The notes beneath the pieces are model-generated. The model worked only from the letters and a program-made list of their open reading frames with translations. It made no database searches and was not told where the DNA came from. 64,000 nucleotides of DNA from an uncultured Syntrophaceae bacterium (GTDB lineage: Bacteria; Desulfobacterota; Syntrophia; Syntrophales; PHBD01): contig CAZODI010000008.1 of the NCBI GenBank assembly GCA_964578535.1, positions 1,815-65,814 on the forward strand, written 5' to 3'. Positions 30,084-39,628 of this stretch are shown here, piece after piece (positions within the stretch are counted from its first letter, which is position 1; the number at the start of each line of letters is the position of its first letter). Both the position numbers and the translations under genes were made by a program.

Positions 30084-31421
30084 TCACGGAATGCCGCCTC
30101 CACCCGCGGATGCCACAGCGCCGGCGATGGCGGATCCGATTCCCGATCCGTCCCTTGTGAGGACGAGCCGGACCGCCGACGCCCGGCTGCCGAGGAGGTC
30201 GTCCAGGGTCTTCGAGATTCCGGCCCGGTATCCCGGGTTGTGCTCGAACAGCGCCCCGTCGACCGCCACGGTGTGGCCGGCTTTCAAGTCCGGATCCATC
30301 CAGGTTAGGACGGCGGCGATGGCCGATCCGGCAAGCCGCGCGGACCGGCCGGCGACGAGCCGTCCGATCTCGCGGATCGCCGTCCGGTCATCTTCCCGGG
30401 CATCGCCGAGGCCGGGGATGGAAGCATCTACCGGAGCGCCCGCCGCGGGAAGCAGTTGATCCGTCGTCAGGCCGTACGGCACGGAAAACGCCGTTCCAGC
30501 CCCCCCCGGAAACAGGAGGTCCCTCTCCATCATCTCGCGAACGACCAGCCGCGCGACCTCCCCCAGGTACATCCCGGACACCATCTTCTCGAGCCGCTGC
30601 CGGCCGGGATTCGGCGAGGCACCGTCCAGGAGGTCGTCGTAGCGGTTGGCCGTGAGCCGATCGAAATTGCCCCACTCGAGGTTGACAATCATCTCGCCGG
30701 CCCCTCCCGTCCGCTTGAGCTTCCGGATCCGGTCGGCCCTCTCGGGGTAGCAGGCGTTCGTCCCCGTTCCCAGGATCACCCCCATGTCGCAGGAAGGCTC
30801 GGCGTAGCTCCCGGCCAGGAGCGTCCCCACGGTGTCGTTCGTCAGGGCCGCGATCCGGACGGATTCAAGCCCCCGGCGTCTCATCGCCGCGGAGAGAAGC
30901 GCCGCGACGTCCTCGCCCTCCACACCCGGGGCCGTGAAGGCCTTCGTCCAGCCGATGAGGGTGCCCGAGACGGCGGAGCGCTGCTCCACGGGGAAGGAGA
31001 ACGTGAAGGCCAGGACCGGCTCCCGGTGCGGTTCCGGGGGATGTTCCCGGAGGAAGGAGTCAACACACCCGGCGAGGAAATCGAAGAGCTTCCGGCCGGG
31101 TCCGCACAGGCACTCCCGTGGAATGACGAACCGGCCCGCCGCCGCAACGGAAGCCCCGCCCCGCCCGTCGAGCACCACCTCCAGGACGCGGCAGTTTGTC
31201 CCCCCCAGGTCGAGGGCGAGGAAGCGGCCCCTTTCCCGGCCCGTCGGCCGGCCCACAAAGGAGGGGATCATCCGCAGGGAGCTCGGTTCTCCCGCCAGGC
31301 CGCGGGCCATCTCCCCGTGGAATGCCTCGACGATGCCCCGGGCGCCGGAAACGGAGATGTCAAAGAGTTCCCCAAGACGGGCCAGATAACGCGCGCTCTC
31401 ATTTGCAAGGCTTTTGCCCAT
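30084..31421 (-). CDS. Hexokinase (eukaryote-type Hexokinase_1/2 family)
   Basis: FLALDLGGTNCRV, FTFSFP, WTKAF, NDTVGTL, GVILGTGTNACY, VNLEWGNF, EKMVSGMYLGE, DGSGIGSA. Confidence 0.93.
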   Translation of the reverse strand: MGKSLANESARYLARLGELFDISVSGARGIVEAFHGEMARGLAGEPSSLRMIPSFVGRPTGRERGRFLALDLGGTNCRVLEVVLDGRGGASVAAAGRFVIPRECLCGPGRKLFDFLAGCVDSFLREHPPEPHREPVLAFTFSFPVEQRSAVSGTLIGWTKAFTAPGVEGEDVAALLSAAMRRRGLESVRIAALTNDTVGTLLAGSYAEPSCDMGVILGTGTNACYPERADRIRKLKRTGGAGEMIVNLEWGNFDRLTANRYDDLLDGASPNPGRQRLEKMVSGMYLGEVARLVVREMMERDLLFPGGAGTAFSVPYGLTTDQLLPAAGAPVDASIPGLGDAREDDRTAIREIGRLVAGRSARLAGSAIAAVLTWMDPDLKAGHTVAVDGALFEHNPGYRAGISKTLDDLLGSRASAVRLVLTRDGSGIGSAIAGAVASAGGGGIP

Positions 31422-31479
31422 GGTTCCACCGTTCTGTCGCTCACACCCGGGCGTGAGCGAAGGGAAAAGAACCACCCTG

Positions 31480-33066
31480 TCAGGCCATGGAAAGAAGATG
31501 CGAGCGGAGATTGACCTTCTCCCCAGTCAGCCCGAGCTTGGTCCGGATGCTGATCCGGTGCGAATCCACCGTAACCGTGCTGACCCCCAGCAGCTCCGCG
31601 ATCTCCTTGGTCCGCTTCCCTTCCCGGATCATGCCGGCCACCTGGATCTCCCGGGGAGTGAGGTTTCTGTAAGCGGACGTCAGCCTGGACAAAAACGGGG
31701 ACGTGATGTCCCGCAGGTTCGACTGCAGCAGGTCCAGGAAAAGAAGCCCCTTTTCGTTCAGCCCGCAGGTTCTGAGCCCGTCCAGCGTTGGCATGAGCAG
31801 CTCGTTGACGTTCCGCTGCAGCCGCTCATCGAGGATCTTCCGGTCTTCCTTGCTCCGATCCAGGAGCACTCGGAGGGCCGTGTTTGCTTCTTTCAGCTCG
31901 GTCGTGCGCTCCTGGACGAGCTCCTCCAGGCGGTTGAGCGTGTTCCGCAGCTCCTCTTCCGCGTTCTTCTGCACGGTGATGTCCCGGGCCACCGAAAAGA
32001 TCTCCGTCATTCCCGTCACGTGATTCCGGAAAACCCTGCCCCGGCATTCCACCCAGCGGTACCGGCCGTCCTTCGTGCGCAGCCGGCATTCCAGGCCTCC
32101 CTGTTTGTCTTCCTCAAGCACCCCCAGGAAGATTTCCCCGGCGGCGGGCCGGTCGTCGGGGTGGACCAGGTCCAGGAAGGCCTCTCCTACGATTTCCCTC
32201 GGAAGATAGCCGAGAACCGACTCAACGCCATCGGAAACGAACAGGATGGTCCCGTCCAGGTGAAAGCGGGCAACGTAATCCATCGTGTTCTCCACCAGCA
32301 GGCGGTACTGCTTTTCGCTCCGGAGCAGCTTTGCCTCGGCGGCCTTGCGGTCCGTGATGTCCCTCACGAACCCCATGACGAGTCCCCTTCCCTTCCAGTC
32401 GACGATCTTCACGCTGACCTCGACGGGAATCCCGGAGCCGTCCTTCCGGATATTCAAGCGCTCGAAGGAATGCCGCTCCTGCTTCAGGAGAGAGTCGAGC
32501 TCCGGGTTCTCCTGCTGGTTCCATTTCCCATCGATCATCCCCAGATTGGACCCGATCAATTCATCCCGCTCGTATCCGAGCATCCGGCAGGCGATTTCGT
32601 TCACATCGAGGATGTTCCCTTCGAAATCGTGAAGGTAGATCGCGTCGTTCGCATTCTCCACGATCAGTCGATACCGCCGGTCCCGTTCCCGGAACTTCTC
32701 TTCGACCCGGATGCGCTCCGTGATGTCGCGGGCACAGACGACGATTCCCCGGAACAGGTCCTCCTTCCAGACCGATCGGGCGACCGTCTCAAGCCAGAGG
32801 AAGCGGCCGTCGGCGTGGCGAAAGCGGAACCTCTCCGTCTCCCGGTCGGTCTCCAGGGTTCTCCGGAAGGTCTGATGAACCCTTTCCCGGTCTTCCGGAA
32901 AGACGTAATCGAAGCTGACCGTCCCGACCATGCCGGCCGGCTCGTAGCCGAGGGTCCACCGGGCGGAGGGGCTGACGGCCCGAAAGACACCGTCCCGGTC
33001 GAGGATCACGACGACGTCGATCATGTTCTCCAGGATGACCCGGATCTCCATTTCGCTGGCTGTCAT
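31480..33066 (-). CDS. Multi-PAS LuxR-family one-component regulator (paralog of 18335-19972)
   Basis: Three PAS/PAC; LTPREIQVAGMIREGKRTKEIAELL...HRISIRTKLGL; start uncertain (ORF extends to 33147). Confidence 0.88.
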   Translation of the reverse strand: MTASEMEIRVILENMIDVVVILDRDGVFRAVSPSARWTLGYEPAGMVGTVSFDYVFPEDRERVHQTFRRTLETDRETERFRFRHADGRFLWLETVARSVWKEDLFRGIVVCARDITERIRVEEKFRERDRRYRLIVENANDAIYLHDFEGNILDVNEIACRMLGYERDELIGSNLGMIDGKWNQQENPELDSLLKQERHSFERLNIRKDGSGIPVEVSVKIVDWKGRGLVMGFVRDITDRKAAEAKLLRSEKQYRLLVENTMDYVARFHLDGTILFVSDGVESVLGYLPREIVGEAFLDLVHPDDRPAAGEIFLGVLEEDKQGGLECRLRTKDGRYRWVECRGRVFRNHVTGMTEIFSVARDITVQKNAEEELRNTLNRLEELVQERTTELKEANTALRVLLDRSKEDRKILDERLQRNVNELLMPTLDGLRTCGLNEKGLLFLDLLQSNLRDITSPFLSRLTSAYRNLTPREIQVAGMIREGKRTKEIAELLGVSTVTVDSHRISIRTKLGLTGEKVNLRSHLLSMA

Positions 33067-33244
33067 ATCGGCACCCGTCGGCTTGTCGTTTGGCGGTTCA
33101 CAGCGGTCCGGTGTTCCGGACGGGGAAAGGTTCAGCAGCCGGTGCAATACGACAGCGGGCCATGAAAATCAATCTGGTATTGCCGCCGCTGGACGTGTAC
33201 CATGATGCCTGTCGGAACCGATCCTCCGGAGGGAAAGAACGAGT

Positions 33245-33868
33245 ATGGGACTGCTGAACCTGCTCATCCGGGATCCGCTGGCATTCGTGCTCCTGTCGAT
33301 CCCGCTGTTGTATTCCATCATCATCCACGAATTGGCCCACGGCTGGGTTGCATGGAAAATGGGAGATCCCACCGCAAAGGCCATGGGCCGGCTGACGCTG
33401 AATCCCGTCAGCCACCTCGACCCGATCGGGACGCTCATGCTGTTTCTCTTCGGCTTCGGCTGGGCAAAGCCGGTGCCCTTCAACCTCGCCTATGTCCGGG
33501 ACGCCCGCAGGGGCCTTATCCTGGTTTCCTCGGCGGGGATCGTCGCCAACATGATCCTGGCCTTCCTCGCCTTTCTCCTGTACCGGATCCTCGATCCGCA
33601 GCCGGCCGGGACGGTTGCCACGCTTCTCTATTACATGGCGAAAATCAACATCATCCTGGCCGCCTTCAACCTGATCCCCATTCCGCCGCTCGACGGGTCG
33701 AAAATCCTCATGGGCTTTACATCCGCGAGGTTTCAGGATGCCTTGGCCCGGATCGAGCCCTTCGGATTCTTCATCATCATCGGCCTTCTCCTGCTCGGCG
33801 TCCTGGACCCGGTCATCCGTTTCCTTCAGGCGGTGATCCTGGCCCTCATCGGCTTCCTGCTCCCCTGA
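33245..33868 (+). CDS. Site-2 protease family (M50) intramembrane metalloprotease
   Basis: IIHELAHG and FNLIPIPPLDG motifs. Confidence 0.92.
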   Translation: MGLLNLLIRDPLAFVLLSIPLLYSIIIHELAHGWVAWKMGDPTAKAMGRLTLNPVSHLDPIGTLMLFLFGFGWAKPVPFNLAYVRDARRGLILVSSAGIVANMILAFLAFLLYRILDPQPAGTVATLLYYMAKINIILAAFNLIPIPPLDGSKILMGFTSARFQDALARIEPFGFFIIIGLLLLGVLDPVIRFLQAVILALIGFLLP

Positions 33869-34067
33869 AGACGACACCTGACCGTGAACCGCGGCCCGAT
33901 CAAAGAAGTGGAGGATGGGACTACAGGACATGAAAAAATCGCCCTGAACATCCTGGAGGCGAAAAGGGATCTCGAAAGGGGAAGCGGCACAAGGCCGATA
34001 AGGGGAAATCACGCTCCGGGCGAACGGCCGTTACAGGCTGATCGCGGACCGTTCGGCAGGACTGCAG

Positions 34068-34108
34068 GGATGAGGACGGCCGTTCGGCGCGTCCCGTCCC
34101 CCCTCATC
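34068..34108. terminator. Hairpin between convergent genes
   Basis: GGATGAGG-ACGG ... CCGT-ccc-CCTCATCC followed by a short T tract on +. Confidence 0.4.
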
Positions 34109-35120
34109 CGGTCTTTTTCCATTCGTACATCTCGTAACCGTCGACGACCTTTCCGGAGGGGGCGAACCCGCTCCGGCCGGAAAGCGTTTCCATGATGGGC
34201 TTCGGGATGCCGACGGCGTTCCGGTCCGCGTATTTCTGCATGTGGCCCGCGATGTCGATGGCGGGATCGCTGATCGCATCGAGGGGCACGTCTTCGTCAT
34301 AGATGACGAATCCCGAGTTCACGCCGCAACGAACGGCAAACTCGCGCCTCAACTTCCTGACCTCCCGGTTGAATGCATCCAGATCGGTAACAACGCCCTG
34401 GGCGGCGCGCAAGGCATCGTCCACGGACGGGAAGCAGGCCATGACCCCGTCGGGTGTCCAGGTCGACTTCAGGCATCCGTGCTCATCCAGGATCCCGCTT
34501 ATGAACTGGCGGTAGCGGGTGAAATCGTTCTGCACGACGGCCTTGTCCTCGTCCCGTTTCATGCCCGTGGAGTCGACGACATCGATCGACAGAAAGGCAA
34601 GGTCGCGCCCCTTCTCATCGAGCTTCTTCTCCGCCTCGACGATATTCCTGAGGATCTTATCGCGGTCTTTTTTCTTCGCTGTTTTCAGGAGGTCCAGTTG
34701 CCGGCCGAGCGCCGAGGCGCTCATCGCATGATCGGAGATATGAAGCCGGCGCTTCATGTCGTCGACCTTCTTCCGATAACGGTAGTATTGCCCCTCGTAG
34801 AAGTAGCGGTAGCTCAGGGTGTTGAACCAGAAGGTGAACACGAACGACAGGACCAGGACGATCCACGGCGTCATGTCATGACCGCCGATCCGGATGGGAA
34901 ACACGGCGCGGACGGGCCTGGTGACGGTCTGTTCGAGCGCGAATGCCGCCTTGGCGTACCGGTGCTCCTTTCCCAGCGATAGGTTGTAGGGGGCGAGGCG
35001 CGGAACGACAATGGAATACGCGGTGGCGATCAGGATGACGGCCATTCCCAGGCTGAAGATCTGGGCGGTGAGGGACAGGCCGTAATGAAGGATGGCAGCC
35101 GGGAAATGCTTCAGGCTCAC
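34104..35120 (-). CDS. Membrane class III adenylate/guanylate cyclase with YggT-like N-terminus
   Basis: GTG start after GAAAGGA; two TM; FLSIDVVDST, TPDGVMACF, VRCGVNSG. Confidence 0.78.
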   Translation of the reverse strand: MSLKHFPAAILHYGLSLTAQIFSLGMAVILIATAYSIVVPRLAPYNLSLGKEHRYAKAAFALEQTVTRPVRAVFPIRIGGHDMTPWIVLVLSFVFTFWFNTLSYRYFYEGQYYRYRKKVDDMKRRLHISDHAMSASALGRQLDLLKTAKKKDRDKILRNIVEAEKKLDEKGRDLAFLSIDVVDSTGMKRDEDKAVVQNDFTRYRQFISGILDEHGCLKSTWTPDGVMACFPSVDDALRAAQGVVTDLDAFNREVRKLRREFAVRCGVNSGFVIYDEDVPLDAISDPAIDIAGHMQKYADRNAVGIPKPIMETLSGRSGFAPSGKVVDGYEMYEWKKTG

Positions 35121-35308
35121 GGGGATGTCCTTTCCTGTTTCGAGCCTCGGCGGGAAGCCCCAACCCGCGGGCACGGGGAGCGCCCTCTGAAAGCTCGCGA
35201 AGAGCAGGATTGATCTTCGTTTTCGATTGCTGTGCAGGATAAGAAACGATTCCTTCCCTGTCAACTGAAATGCGTTTTCCGCGGACGGGTTTCCCCGTTG
35301 CCGCATGT

Positions 35309-35959
35309 CTACAGAAGCAGGGTGGAGAAGGCGATCAGGAACTGGCCCGTGTAGTACAGGGGCAGGCCGATCAGCCGGTTCAGGAATTCCGGCTTCACGA
35401 ACCTCTGGCGGGCCACGAACACGTCCGACAGGTAGAAAAGAAGGGCACCGGCCAGGGCAAGGACCCGCCCTCCGACGGGCAGCCCCCTTTCCCCGGCAAG
35501 CGTGGCGGCGCCGGTGACCATGACCGTGATGACCGCAATGTAGGCCGCCACCGGGAGCGCCATCTTCCCAAGATAGGGCCGGATCCACAGAAAGAAAGCG
35601 CCGCCGGACAGGAGGCACACCGCGGCGGCGACTCCGGTCACGGGTCCCGGCGAGGCCATGGTGAAAAACGCGGCGCTGTACAGGACATGCCCGGTGAGGA
35701 AGGCGAACAGGCCCGCCAGGAAAAGCCTTCTCGAGGCGGAGACCAGGAAGACGTCGCCGGCCATGCAGAACAGCAGGCCGGCAAGGACAAGGGCGAAGTA
35801 TCGCGGGTTGCCGTGCGGACCTGCCAGGGCGGCCAGGACAAAGAGCGCCGACAGGGCGGATTTGGTGAGGAGGACTCCCCGCAGCGATTCCCGCTTCCGG
35901 AAATGCAGAAGAGACACCAGAAGAACGGCGGCCGGCAGCAGGAGGACGGCGATGGGCAT
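35309..35959 (-). CDS. Lysoplasmalogenase family (YhhN/TMEM86) membrane protein
   Basis: GLLFCMAGDVFL, AFLTGHVLY, GALLFYLSD, YYTGQFLIA. Confidence 0.88.
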   Translation of the reverse strand: MPIAVLLLPAAVLLVSLLHFRKRESLRGVLLTKSALSALFVLAALAGPHGNPRYFALVLAGLLFCMAGDVFLVSASRRLFLAGLFAFLTGHVLYSAAFFTMASPGPVTGVAAAVCLLSGGAFFLWIRPYLGKMALPVAAYIAVITVMVTGAATLAGERGLPVGGRVLALAGALLFYLSDVFVARQRFVKPEFLNRLIGLPLYYTGQFLIAFSTLLL

Positions 35960-36092
35960 CCCTTCACCTCCGTGGAGCGGTTCCGGCCCCGGGGCAACGG
36001 ATGGACTCCGCATTCCGGACGCCCGGTTTGCCGGACCGGTTGCCTCTTTCCCGCCGCAGGGCCGGACGGCAGGCCCTCTCGCAATGGACCGG

Positions 36093-37178
36093 TTACCTGT
36101 ACGGGCTGAAATCAACCCCCCGGCGGCGTCCCCGCTCGTCGAACCACGTGTCTTCGGCAAGGGGCGGGACATCGATCTCCTGCCGCTCCTTGCGGACCAG
36201 CCGGATGGCCTCCGCCGGGCACGCGGTGACGCAGAGCCCGCAGCCGATGCACCGCTCCCGGATGACCGCAAAGGTCTCCCCTTCGTCCGAGACGGCCCCG
36301 ACCTGGCATCGGCTGTCCGCGCAAATCCCGCAGCCCGTGCAGAGATCGGCGTCGATCACGGCATAATGATGGGAGTTGATGGCCCGGGATGCGGGCACCC
36401 CGAATTCGTTGATCGACCGGAGCACCCCGCAGCAGCACTTGCAGCAGTTGCAGATGTAGTAGTGCCCCGTCTGCACGTTGCCGGTGAGGTGCACGAGGCC
36501 CGCGTCTTCCGTCATTTTCAGGAGGGCACAGGCCTCCTCCTTCGTCAGGATGCGGGCCGAAGGCGTCTTTTCGAAGACCCCGGGCTCCAGGGAGATACCC
36601 AGGCAGACATGCACGGGCCGGTCGCAGGGCTTCCCCAGCAGCCCCTGTTCCTTCTTGCAGATGCATTCGTTGACCATGAACGACCGCCCCTTTTCAATGA
36701 TCGCAGATACTTTCTCATAGGGCAGTGCCTCCTGGTGCGAAGGAACGGTCTCCTCCACGGCAAGGGTCTGCATCAACTGCGGCGTGTCGGAAAAGAACTG
36801 TTTCGAAAGGTACGGCCAGTATTCCTCGTTCAACTCCGCAAACTCCCTGTCCATGCGATCGAGCTGGAACTCGTAGATCCCGAAGACCCAGGGCAGCATC
36901 CGGAAGCGCCGGATGCCCCCGGGCTTGATTGTGAAGACCTGCCCACTCACGGCCATGCCCATGAGGGCGCCTTTCAGGCCTTCCACCGGCATGCCGTTCC
37001 GGGCGGCGATCTCCTCCACCGTCTCGAACGTCAGCCGCAGCCGGCAGAACAGCTCCGCCTGGGCGGGGGTAAAGATTTTCTTGAGGAGCCGGATCTCCAC
37101 TCCGCTGTCGGTCCTGGGAAATCCGTTGGGCAGCGTGTCCAGCACTTCAGCAAGCTTTTCGTAGCACTCGTCCGACAA
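36093..37178 (-). CDS. 4Fe-4S dicluster protein with CNCCxCCC motif (paralog of 6162-7445)
   Basis: TTG start after GGAGG (MSDECYEKL...PNGFP); CICKK, ICNCCKCCC, CTGCGIC...C, CIGCGLCVTACP. Confidence 0.85.
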   Translation of the reverse strand: MSDECYEKLAEVLDTLPNGFPRTDSGVEIRLLKKIFTPAQAELFCRLRLTFETVEEIAARNGMPVEGLKGALMGMAVSGQVFTIKPGGIRRFRMLPWVFGIYEFQLDRMDREFAELNEEYWPYLSKQFFSDTPQLMQTLAVEETVPSHQEALPYEKVSAIIEKGRSFMVNECICKKEQGLLGKPCDRPVHVCLGISLEPGVFEKTPSARILTKEEACALLKMTEDAGLVHLTGNVQTGHYYICNCCKCCCGVLRSINEFGVPASRAINSHHYAVIDADLCTGCGICADSRCQVGAVSDEGETFAVIRERCIGCGLCVTACPAEAIRLVRKERQEIDVPPLAEDTWFDERGRRRGVDFSPYR

Positions 37179-37249
37179 AACAGCCTCCCTTGATCGTTCA
37201 TTGATTCCGCGGCGCGGTGTCCGTTCCACCGCATCGCCGCGGGGCACCC

Positions 37250-38308
37250 TCATCCCTCGACAAAGCGCCTCCGCCAGGGTGCAAAAAGCGGAAAATGGAA
37301 GATGCCCGCCGGGGCGGCGCAGACTTCCGGAATGGCGTTGATGACCGACCCCGCCACGCCGTACTGTTCGGAACGCGTTCGGACCGTGGCGTCCTCCGGC
37401 TCCACGAGGTTCATGACGATGTCGATTCCCGGTTTCCCGCGAACGGAGATCTTCCAGTGGTCGAAATGCTCGAACCCGGGCACGGTGTTTCCCATCACCC
37501 AGTTCACTTCCAGCGTAATGAACCGCCGTCCGCCGATGATCCCGTGCCAGCGGTAGTTCGTCGCCGCCACCGTCCCCGCCTTCACGGTGCCGGCCCGGGC
37601 CGTGATGTCTCCCGATGCCGCCGTCACCCGGTGGTCCGGCTCCACCCGCTCCAGCACCAGGCCCAGGCGGTGGGCCAGAAGCGCGATCACCTCGGCGTAC
37701 ATCGCCGTGATCAACTGCGCGACGGGTCCGGACCCGGCGGGATCGAACCGCCCCGGATCGGAGCCCATCCCGCAGACGGTGAACACGTACTCATGATCCG
37801 GAGCGCCGCTGACGTCGAAGGTCTCCCGGACGGAGATGGATTCGATGTCCGTGCAGATGCCCGTGGCCGCGGCAGCGATCTTTTCCACAACGAAGCCCGG
37901 GTTCAGGCCTGTGCTGAAGAACGTCGAATTCCCCCGCCGGCAGGCCTCTTCGAACTCCGCCGCATACGCGGCGCCGTGCCAGGCCGGAAAGCCGTGTCCG
38001 TTGATGGTGATCAGATTCTTGCCCGAGGCCAGGATCCGGCAAATGTCCCGGTTGTGGTGGCTGTAGGGGAACTGGATGCGGGGCGCATGGATGACCACGT
38101 CGGCGTCGAGCGCCAGGATCTCGTCGATGCTCCGGGTGGCGATCACCCCTGTCTCGCCGCGACGCGCGATCTCGCCGGCGTCGAGGCCGGCCTTCCGCTC
38201 GCTGTAGACATAAAGGCCCGCCAGCTCCAGGTCCGGGTGATCGATGACGGCCCGCAGGCAGGTTTTCCCCATGGAGCCGGTGGCCCACTGAATGACACGG
38301 TATTTCAT
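37250..38308 (-). CDS. NAD(P)-dependent DapB-like / amine-dehydrogenase-family oxidoreductase
   Basis: RVIQWATGSMG Rossmann loop, K.GLDAGE, TGLNPGF; start MKYRV. Confidence 0.75.
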   Translation of the reverse strand: MKYRVIQWATGSMGKTCLRAVIDHPDLELAGLYVYSERKAGLDAGEIARRGETGVIATRSIDEILALDADVVIHAPRIQFPYSHHNRDICRILASGKNLITINGHGFPAWHGAAYAAEFEEACRRGNSTFFSTGLNPGFVVEKIAAAATGICTDIESISVRETFDVSGAPDHEYVFTVCGMGSDPGRFDPAGSGPVAQLITAMYAEVIALLAHRLGLVLERVEPDHRVTAASGDITARAGTVKAGTVAATNYRWHGIIGGRRFITLEVNWVMGNTVPGFEHFDHWKISVRGKPGIDIVMNLVEPEDATVRTRSEQYGVAGSVINAIPEVCAAPAGIFHFPLFAPWRRRFVEG

Positions 38309-38482
38309 GCGCTCCCCCCGGGAAAAGGTTTCCCCTGATATCTTTTCCGGGGAGATCGGGCAAGATAAACTTATCCGGTCTGCCTTTGGCTGCTCGACGG
38401 GGAATCCCGGAACGGTCCGGGGAATGGGGGGACCGGCCGGCCGGTTGCTGCACAGGGGGAAGGAGCGCACGGCCGGCCGGCT

Positions 38483-38511
38483 TCAGGGGGTCAGGGGGTC
38501 AGGGGGTCAGG
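38483..38511 (+). repeat. Short tandem repeat (TCAGGGGG)x3.6
   Basis: tcaggggg tcaggggg tcaggggg tcagg, just downstream of the 38523 gene stop. Confidence 0.85.
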
Positions 38512-38522
38512 AAGTCGGGCTG

Positions 38523-38792
38523 TCACTCCCGGTGAACGGTCAGCCCGAGGACGACGAAGAGCAGCAGGATGAAGCACACCCCCGTGATCAGGAGCGTCCG
38601 TCCGCTCAGCCACGAGGCCGAATCCGAAAAGATGGTGATGTCCCACAGCCTCCCCCAGTACACGAGAAAGCCGTACTGGACGAGCAGGGCCAGCTTCAGG
38701 CGGCCGAAGATCAGGCCGCCCGTGCTGATCAGCACAACGGCAAGGATGCTGGAAAAGGGAACGGCGACGTCCATCGACCAGATCGATTCCAT
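38523..38792 (-). CDS. Small hypothetical membrane protein (89 aa)
   Basis: RBS GGAGG; MESIWSMDVAVPFSSILAVVLI...; three hydrophobic segments. Confidence 0.6.
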   Translation of the reverse strand: MESIWSMDVAVPFSSILAVVLISTGGLIFGRLKLALLVQYGFLVYWGRLWDITIFSDSASWLSGRTLLITGVCFILLLFVVLGLTVHRE

Positions 38793-38894
38793 GTTCAACC
38801 TCCGAATATGCGAAAGGAGGCCGGCCCAGGAGGACGACCCGCGGGCCGGCGGGAGAATGCAGGATGGAGATTGCCAGAAGCGGAGGGGGGGGAT

Positions 38895-38910
38895 TGTGAC
38901 GGACGTCACA
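38895..38910. promoter_or_regulatory. Crp box (perfect consensus)
   Basis: TGTGA-CGGACG-TCACA, overlapping the crp-like stop codon, 103 nt upstream of the 89-aa gene. Confidence 0.7.
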
Positions 38911-39616
38911 CAAAATCGACTTTATGAAAATTCGGCGTGATGAGGATCCGCCGTTTCTCCAGCACGGAGATCTCCCCGGCCAGCTCCAGCCGCTTGAGGA
39001 TGCGGCTGACCGTCTCCCGGGAAAGGGACGCATAGTCGGCCAGTTCACTGTGGGTCATCCGGAGCCGGATCGCCGTGCCCCGCGCGTCCCTCGATCCGAA
39101 GCGGGACGCCATGTGGCCAAGGACCGCCCGGACCCGGTCTTCCGCCCGCTGCAGGTTCAGGACCTTGAGCATGAACCAGGAATCCCGCAGGCGCTCGCAG
39201 AGAAGGGAGATGATCTGCCGGACGGCGATCGGATTCTTGAGGAACCGGGTCTCAAAATCCGCCCGGCCGAGGAACCCGACCCGCGTATCCTCCAGGGCGA
39301 TCACCCTCGCCGGAGACGTCTTTCCGTCCAGGAGAGCCATTTCGCCGAAGAAATCGCCGCGCTTGTGGACGGCCAGGATCTGTTCCCGCCCCTCCTCGTC
39401 GATTTGCGCGACCTTGACCCGTCCTTCGTAGATCACGTAGAGGCAGCGCGGGGTGTCCTCCTCGAAGAGGATCACATCGTTCCGGCGGTAGTTCCTCTCT
39501 CCCATGACCATCCGCAGTTCGGCCACGTCCCCTCCGGGCAGGCCCCGGAAAATGGGAATTTCCTGGAGGAAAACGTTGGGGCGAATGCTCATGGCCGGCT
39601 GTTTCATCGTTGCCAT
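38906..39616 (-). CDS. Crp/Fnr family transcriptional regulator
   Basis: cNMP-binding barrel (FFGEMALLDG..SPA..A), HTH with LSRETVSR recognition helix; no Fnr-type Cys cluster. Confidence 0.93.
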   Translation of the reverse strand: MATMKQPAMSIRPNVFLQEIPIFRGLPGGDVAELRMVMGERNYRRNDVILFEEDTPRCLYVIYEGRVKVAQIDEEGREQILAVHKRGDFFGEMALLDGKTSPARVIALEDTRVGFLGRADFETRFLKNPIAVRQIISLLCERLRDSWFMLKVLNLQRAEDRVRAVLGHMASRFGSRDARGTAIRLRMTHSELADYASLSRETVSRILKRLELAGEISVLEKRRILITPNFHKVDFV

Positions 39617-39628
39617 TGCTGGAAAACC

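Noticed and set aside
33884-34195. 103-aa plus-strand ORF after the site-2 protease
   Set aside because: No motif; crosses the hairpin and overlaps the convergent cyclase gene.
35121-35618. N-terminal extension of the cyclase ORF
   Set aside because: Overlaps the lysoplasmalogenase gene in another frame; an RBS-supported GTG exists at 35120.
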